A stretch of 63,925 bases of DNA, the filler included, from Octopus bimaculoides (taxonomy: Eukaryota), in the NCBI RefSeq assembly GCF_001194135.2. It is 7 parts of 6 records of this genome, joined end to end, with 100 filler letters (N's around TTAATTAATTAA, not from the genome) between each part and the next. Parts side by side here need not be neighbours in the genome. Positions count along the whole stretch, not along the records: positions 50,744 to 58,310 come from NC_068981.1; positions 58,411 to 61,630 come from NC_068999.1; positions 61,731 to 63,925 come from NC_069001.1; 4 more parts are not named here. One strand, 5' to 3'. A program made the position numbers and the translations under genes. The notes beneath the pieces were generated by a model. That model did no database searches and was not told where the DNA came from. It saw only the letters and a program-made list of their open reading frames with translations. Shown piece after piece: positions 53,665-63,925 of this stretch (the stretch's first letter is position 1; the number at the start of each line of letters is the position of its first letter).

Positions 53665-55130
53665 TCGTCAGTAAGGTAGGGGTTGGCAACGAGTACAGTG
53701 AAGAATTCCGGGTAGAGGTAGGTATCCACCAATGGTCAGTCCTCATCTCCCTCCTATTTATCATAGTCCTCCAGACAATAACATAGGAATTCAAGACAGC
53801 ATGTCCCTGGGAGCTCCTCTATGCTGGTGAACTTGCTCTAAATGCTGAGTGACTATTAGAACTAGAGGAGAAGTTTCAGTTGTGGAAACAAGGGTTAGAA
53901 TCGAATGGCCCTACAGTCAACCTAGCTAAAACCAAAGTCCTAATAAGTAGAAAGGTAGACACACCACAAACCCCTTCAAGTAGATGGCTCTGCTCGATCT
54001 GTAGAAAAGGCGTAGGTAGAAACTCTATATGATGTACTCAGTGTAAGCTATGGACTCATAAGTGGCGCAGCAATATCAAAGGAATGCTTACTAGCAAGAT
54101 AGTTTTTGTATGGCAGATACTCAGGAGCAATAAACGCTGTAAATGTGCAGAGAACAACTTCTGCCACATTCCAGGGACAAAAACTAGAAGTATTTGATAG
54201 CTTCCGTTACCTAGCTGACCATGTCAGTACCTGGGAAGGGTTCGCTGAAAGTCTAGCTGCTATAATAAGAACAGTCTAGGCAAAGTTCAGAGAGCTCTTA
54301 GCTCTGCTGGTGACAAAGGGCCCCCGGCTCAGAGTAAAATGCAGACTGTATGACGCATGTGTACGAACAGCCATGCTACATAGCAGTGAAACATGGGCCG
54401 TGAATGCTGAGGACATGCGTAAACTCACAAGGGATGAAGCCAGTATGCACCGATTGATGTTTAATTTCAGTGTGCATACTCGACAGAGTGTTAATACCTT
54501 GAGAGAAAAGTTGTACCCAGGAAGACCTGGGATGAGGTGGTGAAGCACGACCTTCGAACATTAGCCCTCACAGAAGCAATGACTAGTGACCGAGACGTTT
54601 GGAAATATGCTGTGCGTGAGAAGACTCGGCAAGACAAGTGAGACCATAACTAGTGGTCTTTACCAGGGGTGTAACCAGCCCACTTATGAGTACCTTTCGT
54701 TCTTTGGACCCAGATCACTGCTTGCGAAGACCTGTTGAGGCAAGTGAAATGGAAATTGAAATCGAACGAAATTAGAAGACAGGCGGCCATGCCAACCTTC
54801 CTTCATTGAACACAAAACTCTGCTTGCGAAAATCTGCTGGGGCAAGTGAATGCGTAACTGAACCAAATTCGATGACTGACACCCGTGCAAGTGGAGCGCT
54901 AACAAGAATCTCCGAGCGGGATCACTGCCAGAGCAGCGGTCTAGCTTCTGACACGTAAAAGCACTCACTACACTCTCGGAGTGGTTGACGTTAGGAAGGG
55001 CATCCAACTGTAGAAACACTGCCACACCAGATTGGAGCCTAGTGCAGCCCTCTGGTTCGCCAGTCTTCAGTCAAATCGTCCAACCCATGCTAGCACGGAA
55101 AGCAAACGTTAAACTATTATGATGATGCTG

Positions 55131-55135
<5 letters not shown>
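53665..55135 (+). mobile_element. 5'-truncated RTE-type LINE (RT C-terminus, 3' UTR, GAT-repeat tail)
   Basis: VSKV.VGNEYSEEFRVEVGIHQ.SVL..LLFIIVLQ..CPWELLYAG.L; RVKCRLYDACVRTAMLHSSETWAV; tail GATGATGATGCTG. Confidence 0.9.
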
Positions 55136-55170
<35 letters not shown>

Positions 55171-55719
55171 NNNNNNNNNNNNNNNNNNNNNNNNNNNNNN
55201 NNNNNNNNNNNNNNNNNNNNNNNNNNNNNNNNNNNNNNNNNNNNNNNNNNNNNNNNNNNNNNNNNNNNNNNNNNNNNNNNNNNNNNNNNNNNNNNNNNNN
55301 NNNNNNNNNNNNNNNNNNNNNNNNNNNNNNNNNNNNNNNNNNNNNNNNNNNNNNNNNNNNNNNNNNNNNNNNNNNNNNNNNTATATATATATATATATAT
55401 GTGTGTATATATATATATGCCTACAAATAATTTCTTCGATATGATTGTGTTCTGGTTCTACTCGTGATACGGATTTATTTCTTCAATACTAACTCCATTT
55501 ACCTTTTTCCAGAAATCACACGCTGTCTATAGGGGGATAAGCCTTGACATTTGCCAGCGGATATTCGAAAGCTGGCTTTCAACATACCTCCAAAGGTATA
55601 CTTAAAATTTTACTAATTTCAATTTAGTTATTGACTCCCATAATAGCATTAAAATATATACGTTCTTAAGCGTTACTTTAGATTTTAATTAAGTCATATA
55701 TGTTCCTTTCCATGCAGTA

Positions 55720-56290
55720 AATGGATGCCTCGAATATGATAATGTTAAAGTTAACCCCAACGAATTTGTCTAATGCAGCTTTGTTAAAAGTGTGTTCTAG
55801 CCTCTTAGCAAATGAAGATATATTCAATAATGTCGTCCCTTATAATCAGGTATTCATCACTGGTTGTTTCTCTGATAAAATACTTTACACTGCTAAAATT
55901 AAGCTCTAAAGTTTCTTGAACAATAAACTGTACGTAATAAATTCAACGGTAATCCTCGCAAGAGCATTAATGCTAATATAATAGCAATGTTGTAATTTCG
56001 TTAAGTATAACTGTTTATCACTACCATAGAGAATACTTCTGCTGAATCTGAAGAAATTATTTGTTTATAATGATCAAATGTTTGGGCTGTACATTAGAGC
56101 AACCTTCGTCTAGAACGGCTCTAATCAACGAAAATGTATTAAGCATACACCCTCCGGAGAATCGTATAACATTAGTCCTAGTTACCCTAGTTATTCTAAT
56201 TATATTGACGCCATTGATGACAGAGGCCAATATTAACTCTACTAATAACAGTAGCACAAGCTCTCGAAATGATCTGTGTAACACTGAAAT
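55720..56290 (+). mobile_element. Highly decayed Penelope-like fragment
   Basis: SSLLANEDIFNNVVPYNQVFITGCFSDKILY resembles the PLE SxxSSNEEIFNxAAPxYNxAL..GY motif. Confidence 0.6.
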
Positions 56291-56359
56291 AAAATTAGAA
56301 ATGATAATATAATCATATCTTTTCGTACAATTTCTTAGCACCAATAAAAATAATAACAA

Positions 56360-56720
56360 TGTTTTCTCAAATGGGCAGAAGGCGTGATACGTTTTTTGCG
56401 ATGTGGATATAGGCGATTAAACTGACGTTTAAATAATAAAAAAAACGAATTTGACATAAAGGGTCTTTGAACTCAGAACATAAACTTAGAAGATATGTCA
56501 TCAAGTATTTTGGCCGGGGTGCTAATGATTCTGTTATATTGTTTATTTAATAGAAATGATAATAATCCTTTGTTGTAGATATAATGCCTGAAATTTTGGA
56601 GAGGAGACTAGACTATTACATCGACCGCGAAAGAATGAAAGGCAACGTCAACTTTGTCGGACTTTGAACTGAGAACATGTGAAATGTCGATAAACATATG
56701 TACAAGTGTTCTACTGATTC
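56360..56720 (-). mobile_element. Two degenerate family B SINE copies in tandem
   Basis: GAACTCAGAAC..AAGTATTTTGGCCGGGGTGCTAATGATTCTG and GAAATTTTGGAGAGG..TTACATCGAC..GAATGAAAGGCAAC. Confidence 0.65.
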
Positions 56721-56738
56721 TCCGAGCTCCAGCGAGCA

Positions 56739-56790
56739 ATGGCGGAGCCGGATAAAAGCACTTCCGCTTTGAGTCAGAAATCCGGACAAG
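56739..56790 (+). CDS. Candidate first coding exon MAEPDKSTSALSQKSGQ(G)
   Basis: gcaATGG start and CAAG|GTAAT donor in a locally GC-rich patch; no downstream exon identified. Confidence 0.22.
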
Positions 56791-57343
56791 GTAATATCAG
56801 GAAGAGCAGCAGTTAGCCATGTGTAAGAGTATCCCTTCTCCACAACAGTGATGTTGTTCACGAGAAAAGCAAAGGCCGATACATCTTAGCATTAGTGGCG
56901 TCGTAGCGTAATTATTATCGCTGAGTAGCTTCAAATATCGAGCTTCTTAAAGAGTTCAAAACATTTTAAGCCAGGGAAAAATCTCCATACCAGAATTTTA
57001 AAACCATTTCTGATATGTGCGCTCTGTTAAACAATCACCACCATAAACTTCAACCAGCACTTTCTGAGCCTCAGCATCTTTTTAGCCTTTACGGCAATTA
57101 AAAAGTAAGATATGGTGAAAATATTCGTTTTTGTATTCAATGTTAAAATTGACACTGAAATAAAAGCTACAAATCAGACTACCCCCAATTTGCTTCGAAA
57201 GTAGGCTAAAAGTAACGGCTATCAAATGTCAAAAGGGAAAAAAAGAAAAAAACAGAACATTGGCAAAAATCGTTTTAAAATATCATATCTCTTTTTGCGG
57301 AAAGCGAAATTACTTTCTTGCCAACTAAACACGCACGCGCGCG

Positions 57344-57398
<55 letters not shown>

Positions 57399-57500
57399 AC
57401 ACACACACATACACACACACATACACACACACACACACACATATATATGTATGTATTTCGGGGGCATGTATATAAATACATACATATGTATGGGGGTGCG

Positions 57501-58281
57501 GGATCCTTGTGATTTGACGGGCAACATTTTTTTATGTAGTGTTTTTGGTACCGAAACACTTTCAAACTTCGAATACTTGTATATGTTGTGTTATAGAACA
57601 GATAAAAAAAATTGTATTACAAGTTATTTCATGTAAAAAATTGTCATATTTCGGTAATTTCAACAAATCACTGACGTCTATTGAGGTGAAAAAAATTACG
57701 GCGCGGAACGTAAACAACGGTGTTACGGGATTTTTTCCCTTGAATAAAATTAGTGCCGTTGTTTGTCAACAAAAACTATCCGTTGTCAGCAACAACTATC
57801 AGTAATATATATTTCGTTTGTTACTGTTATTTATGACATCGTCCGTGCGTTTCTACTGGTTTTAGCTTTAGGGTTCGGGTTTTATAGTTAGGGTTAGTTT
57901 TAGGATTACGGTTAGGGTTATGATTATTTTTGCCATAACCTTAACTCTAACCCTATAACTCATAACCATAACCCTAACACTAACCCTAACCCCAACCCTA
58001 ACCCTAAAACCCTAGACCCTTATTAGGGAATAATGATATAATTAAACAGGGAATAACACACTTGACACTGAACAGCACTAACTGTATTCAGCTGAATAGA
58101 CGTCAGTGATTGGTTGAAATTCCAGAAATACGACGACTTTAACATGAAATAAATTGCGATGCACAGTTTTTTGTTAAGAAGGTTAAGAGAAGTTGTGTTA
58201 TATGACACATTCTACCAGTGTCCCAAGTTTGAAAGTGTTTCGTTAAGAAAACAAGTGTTGCCCGTCAAATCACAAGAATCC
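57501..58281. mobile_element. Long-TIR MITE (GG-starting TIR, 8-bp TSD, Merlin-like) with a central insertion
   Basis: GGATCCTTGTGATTTGACGGGCAAC and GTTGCCCGTCAAATCACAAGAATCC; perfect TSD GGGGTGCG at 57493-57500 and 58282-58289; arms of about 190 bp. Confidence 0.85.
57860..58020. repeat. Degenerate TTAGGG tract followed by CCCTAA tract (head-to-head telomere-like repeats)
   Basis: G-rich at 57860-57925, C-rich at 57934-58020. Confidence 0.8.
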
Positions 58282-58410
58282 GGGGTGCGTGTATATATAT
58301 ATATATATATNNNNNNNNNNNNNNNNNNNNNNNNNNNNNNNNNNNNNNNNNNNNTTAATTAATTAANNNNNNNNNNNNNNNNNNNNNNNNNNNNNNNNNN
58401 NNNNNNNNNN

Positions 58411-58600
58411 GGTGTAAACAACAAAAGGATGTATTAGTTTAACGCTCTTCAACAGAAAGAATAAGGAGAAAAACTAGGAGAAAAACAAGGAGAAAAACAC
58501 GGAGAAAAAAAAATTAGAAGGTTTGGAGGTGATGTACAGGAATTATATATTAGAAAAAATAAGAAGGTGCTCAGATCTGGAGAATCTACTAGAATAGATG
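58411..58600 (-). mobile_element. Repeat X copy (internally deleted)
   Basis: The reverse complement contains TTCTGTTGAAGAGCGTTAAACTAATACATCC..TTGTTGTTTACACC. Confidence 0.6.
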
Positions 58601-58695
58601 CAAGCGTTAATTTATAAAAACATGTGACATATTAATAAGGAATTTGTAAATGTACAACCATCCAGATATCTGAGTACCTTATTATTTTTTCTAAC

Positions 58696-58749
<54 letters not shown>

Positions 58750-59913
58750 GTATTTGGATGTATATATTTGGATGTATATATACGCGTATGTGTGCATACA
58801 ATGCAGAATACGTAGCATTTATTTCTTCATGTTAATCTTGCTGTTAATTTCTAACCAAATTTCAGTGCCAGCACTTTTATTTACCTTTCTTGGGGAAATT
58901 TAAATCCCTTCGACAAGCTTCTGCTCACGTTTTTCGAACCATTTCCAAACATGAGATTCTAGCCTCGGCATTGCGGAGCGAACTTTTGTCAGGCTCCGTC
59001 GAAGCTGCGTTTATAACACATATATTCACACATATGCACACTCACTCACACACCCACACGCCACAGCCCAAGAACTCATCAACATATGTGTTTACGAAAA
59101 CATACACATTTACACACACATTCTGCATTTTCATGCATGAATGTAACGGAAATGATTGCGAGAGTAAATGGTCTGATTAAGGTGTACGGCGATAAAAACT
59201 GTCTTGTTTCGTATGTTTGTGTGTATAAATGTATGTATATATGTATGCATGTTTGTATGTATCTATATATGTATGTATGTGTGTATGTATGCATGCATGT
59301 ACGTATGTGTGTATGTGTGTATGTATGCATGCATATATGTATGTATGTACGTACATATATATGTATGTGTGTGAGCGCGTGTGTGGGTGTCTGCGTGTGT
59401 GTGGACCAGAAGTATTTCTTATTCATTAAAACTTTTATAATTGTCCAGTTTTATTTACAACAATTCATTCGCCATATTAGACACCAACTGTTTCTGCTTG
59501 ATTCGACTTAACAATTTACAATTTATCGTCCATTATTATTTGAAATGATGTCTATCACAAGAGACACTAATTCCCCATATGAAAATATTCACGCATCGTC
59601 ATCATCATCGTCGTCGTCGTCGTCATCATCATCATCATCATAAATGAGTGGTGGAAATACCGGCTTCAACAGCATCAGTAGCAGAGTCACAACAGCAGGA
59701 GCAGCAGAAGAGTAGCAGTAGTACGTGTAGAAAGCTTATTCTCAATTATGGGATTTTTCCAGTCTCTGCGGGGATAAAATTATATTGAAATAGTTTGAAA
59801 TGTTAAAATACTTTCTGAAATGATATTCAGACATTCTCACACTCGCGCGCGCGCACACACACAAACACTCACATATATGTATATATACAAATATATATAC
59901 GTACACCACACAT

Positions 59914-59953
<40 letters not shown>

Positions 59954-60360
59954 TATATATATACATACACCACACATACTCATACCTCTTTGAAATATGT
60001 ATATGTATGATGCCCTCCTCGTCACACATACACGCACACACATATCTGAATGATGGGCAACTTTAAGCCGCCCTCAGTGGATTGGTTTACGAAAGTCCTG
60101 AAACAGAGTTCGAAAGTCGGAATACTCAGGAATAGACACTTCACAAATTTATGAACTGGTGGACGAGTTAAATGATGCTCGAACAGAATTTGTCTTTTGT
60201 CATCAAACAGGAAAAAAAAAAAAAAAGAATCTTTGAAATTGAAGCTAAGCTCTAGAAAATCAAATACTCCAATCTGATATTATTTATTGTGATTCACTGG
60301 AAACCCCACCCCCATAAACCTGCTGAACGGAGAAAAATTTGTATTCAGCTTTAGAAAAAA

Positions 60361-60633
60361 AGCAATTTCAGCGTCGAAGTTGTTTATAAGCCATTTAAAA
60401 ACACGCAAAAACCGTTAGATTCACTTCAACATTTAAATTTAATTTGCCAAAATATTTTCGTCGCTTTCAGACCGCGACCTGATGACTGACAAAATTCCGT
60501 GCTGCATCTCTGAGGTGGCGGTCTCAAAGCGACGAAAATATTATGGCAAATTAAATTTAAATATTGAAGTGAAGCTAACGGTTTTTGTGTTTTTGTTTTA
60601 ATGGCTTATAAGCACCTTCCACGCTGCAATTGT
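60361..60633. mobile_element. Foldback element with inverted arms of about 120 bp and a 32-nt loop
   Basis: 60361-60480 pairs with 60513-60633. Confidence 0.85.
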
Positions 60634-61580
60634 TTTCGTTTCAGCACACCATCTCAGATCAGGTCACTTGTTGTGCAAGTACATCTCTGTAATTTAGAAT
60701 AAAGGATGTACGTAAGTAATTACAGTCTCTTCTTTCGGAAAATATCTCGAAGCGCCAAATTGTATCAAAGAACTGTTAACAACCTACGCTGGAGTACATA
60801 TAGGAACTATAAAGTTGATATTCCCTGCAGAATGTGTCCATAGATCTTTAGAACTCCGTAGTCACGAGATACTCATACAAAAATTTTCCCCTTCTCTGCT
60901 TCTTGGTCATCTCTTGAACACTGTACCCACGTAGCCTCTCTACACAAAAGAAAACATGAAAATGAAAAGACTTGAGAGATAGAAATATATAAATAACTAG
61001 CATGCCTTGCTTTGCTTATTGGAATCGTCACAAACAAAAAAGATCTGAAACACTATTCTTTCCGATTTTCCTATAAGCGCTGTACCATTTGTACAACATC
61101 GAAAATATTTTATCAAAATTCTACAAACGTTGCAGGCGTCAAGTTTAATATTCTTGCCGTACGACAAACCCCCAAAAAATCTAGAATTCACATCGCATTA
61201 CAATATTGTGACACCACTTGTTAACTTTAAATGGCACTGTATCATTGAGTATTATACCGGGGAAAATAAATTGGAAAAAGACTCTATAACTTACAAATTG
61301 TACGTGGAAAACTTCCTCAAAATACAAGACAACCCTCAGACTCACAGTTACATCACTGCAAGCAACGAGTCCCTATTGAAGTGGGTAATGGTATGCAAAC
61401 ATAACTTTAAAAACCACTTAAGGTTGGCGCTATTAAGTTTCACATGACCTAGACCAATAATGGCCGAAACAGATGTTACGACCGACCATCATTACAAAAA
61501 TAATCTAAGGCATACATTAAAAAATAATGTCCTACTAAATGTTGTATACACAAATATACGCACGCACGCACACACACACA

Positions 61581-61629
<49 letters not shown>

Positions 61630-61781
61630 GNNNNNNNNNNNNNNNNNNNNNNNNNNNNNNNNNNNNNNNNNNNNTTAATTAATTAANNNNNNNNNNNNNN
61701 NNNNNNNNNNNNNNNNNNNNNNNNNNNNNNTGTTGACAAAATATACAATGTAAAGAATATATGAATAAAGGAAGATAAAGG

Positions 61782-61982
61782 TATAATCCTTTCTACTCTA
61801 GGCACAAGGCCTGAAATTTTTGGGGAGGGGGGGCCAGTCGATTATATCGACCCCAGTACGTAACTGGTACTTAATTCATTGACCTCGAAAGGATGAAAGA
61901 CAAAGTCGATCTCGGTGGAATTTGACGAATACTGCTAAGCATTTTGCCCGCGTACAAACTATTCTGCCAGCTCACCGCCTTA
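61782..61982 (-). mobile_element. Family B SINE, near-full copy with TSD
   Basis: Flanked by GAAGATAAAGG at 61771-61781 and 61983-61993. Confidence 0.9.
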
Positions 61983-62404
61983 GAAGATAAAGGAATAATG
62001 GCTTTCGAATGAGAGCCACTATAAAGTGTGCCGAACCCTTTCATGGCTGGTCATGTATGCCAAGCGTGACGGCGTGGTCGAGAGTTTGTCGGGGATGTAG
62101 TTCAGATCATGATACTTGATTATTTAACACACGTCAATATTCTAACATACTCCAATATACACATACGCCTATACATACAATTAATTATGTACACACGCAC
62201 ATACACGCTCATACGCCCACGTGTGCCATTCACTATATTTACGTAGGCTGAGCCATATATATATATATATATATATAAACACACATACGTATATAATTAT
62301 ACATACATACATACATACATACATACATACATACACACATACATACACACGTCACATCAACAGGCTTCTCGATGCGTAAACGTCCATGTATACATATTCA
62401 GGGT

Positions 62405-63225
62405 CAAGATTTCTTGCCAATAGAGAAAGTGACGGTCTCTAACCTAGATCAAAGGTTCCTTCATTGGAATTTCAAAATCAACTGGGTAATTTTGTACGTA
62501 TGTATACGTATGTTTTGTTTTATGTGTCTTCTCATGCATATAGTTGCATATCTAGAACGCTCATAAATACTTAAATGATAAATTTCTGGAAGGTTTTACA
62601 GATTTTTACAGTTTCAGTGATGGATTGGATCTGTAGTCTTCGAATTAGCTTTTTCCTTTCTGGTTTTGAGAAGCCTAATTTCTCAAGATTGGTATTTAGG
62701 CAGTGTGCTACATATCCCAGGGCCCCAATAATTACAGGTATAAACCCGAACTTGTAATCTAGATAAGAGTAACTGCAGATTTTTCAATAGTTCAGTATAG
62801 GTGTTCTTTTTCACTGATCATCAGCTTTATGTTAACATCTGCTGAGCAGCTAATTTCCACAACTGTGCATAGTTTCTCTTCTCTATTCCAAATCATTATA
62901 TCAGGTCTGTTGTACTTACATTTTATTGAGGTCTTCACTGGGACATTCCACCTGTACTGCTTTTTTTTATAAATGGCCATGGCTTCTACCATACTGTGGG
63001 TTCTTAATTCGTTGTCCTCGGGGTTAGCCTTCCGACAGATTTCATTATAGAGTGTCCTATTTACACAAAGTCTGCATCAGTTGTTACATTTTACTGCTTT
63101 TCCAGCATCTCTATGCATTTTGTGCATCAGGTATTTAGTTGATATTTCCTGTTCCTGGATTGCAAACGCATACCCTTTAAAGTGGGAGGTAGTAATCAGG
63201 TTATTGGTCCATGATAAACTGCTGT
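62405..63225 (-). mobile_element. RLE-endonuclease non-LTR retrotransposon 3' fragment (R4/NeSL/CRE-like class)
   Basis: WNVPVKTSIKCKYNRPDIMIWNREEKLCTVVEISC.ADVN (RPD..VE-type RLE motif), then IIGALGYV..LEKLGF..LQIQSITETVKICKTFQKFII. Confidence 0.85.
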
Positions 63226-63346
63226 GTGTATGTATGTATGTATGTATGTATGTATGTATGTATGTATGTATGTATGTAGGGTAGTGTTTTTAGCTTCAAG
63301 TTTTTGTTGATGAATCCATGATGAAGGTAAGTGTTATCTTTATAGA

Positions 63347-63560
63347 TATACTAGCAGTATAACCCGACCTTGTCCGGGTGTGACTTATTACGCCATCTAC
63401 GATAAGTCTTGCTAGGTGAAAATCAACTAAAAAAGAAAGCCTTACAATGAAAAAACCCTTATGATGTAAATATGTTCATAATTCAAAAGACGATGAAATT
63501 AATAGAGAAAGTCTGAAGGCTGTTTTGCGTAAAATTATTAAGCGTACGTAAATTTCATTT
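63347..63560 (+). mobile_element. Helitron/Helentron-like non-autonomous element end
   Basis: ATACTAGCAGTATAACCCGACCTTGTCCGGG terminal motif with a short CCCG/CGGG hairpin. Confidence 0.45.
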
Positions 63561-63925
63561 GTCTAATTGGCTATAAAAATGCTTGTGCAAAACAAATTTT
63601 TGCGCTGCCCTGGTTATATATAGCAGGGTAATCCCTTTTCGCAGGAGCTAGGACGGCAATTTGTGATGAAGCAATTGCTGGCGATCTGTTGCTACACAGT
63701 TTTGCCAGAATTCTATCAGATTGGGCAGAAGATGTTGATGCACCATTTTGCATAATGTTCAAAGTAGCTTCTGGAATGTGGTGAATTGCTGCAGTCTGTT
63801 GCTATCATTTTAAACGGGTTGCTTTCTTTCCCCAGCAAACTCTCTTCTTTGGAGGCATAATCTATGTATATATTAAACAGAACAACAAAAGTTATAATAG
63901 ATGGCAGGGTCGGTACTTTTCACAT

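Noticed and set aside
56061-56312. ORF with hydrophobic LVLVTLVILIILTPL stretch
   Set aside because: Lies in or beside a decayed PLE; no suitable start or splice sites; AT-rich DNA yields such stretches by chance.
63571-63860. Minus-strand MPPKKRV.. frame resembling a Helitron N-terminus
   Set aside because: Interrupted by stops and too short to support a call.

Overview
AT-rich, gap-ridden eukaryotic scaffold, almost entirely intronic or intergenic. The SINE families and microsatellite load look like an octopod cephalopod genome (inference from recognised repeat consensus, not a database hit). No complete or nameable protein-coding gene is visible. Nearly all listed ORFs are microsatellite or N-run artefacts or decayed transposon frames. 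The supported content is: three tRNA-headed SINE families in many copies; RTE-type LINE fragments; an RLE-type non-LTR fragment; a mariner fragment; several MITE, foldback and Helitron-like elements; and many Penelope-like element (PLE) fragments. The most interesting signal is a set of PLE-type minimal type I hammerhead ribozyme motifs. One copy (43263-43396) has a fully intact catalytic core with a 91-nt structured insertion in stem II, and a separate ultra-minimal CUGUUGA variant occurs three times. A few low-confidence candidate exons are also reported, the best being a minus-strand signal-peptide-like exon at 48661-48723.
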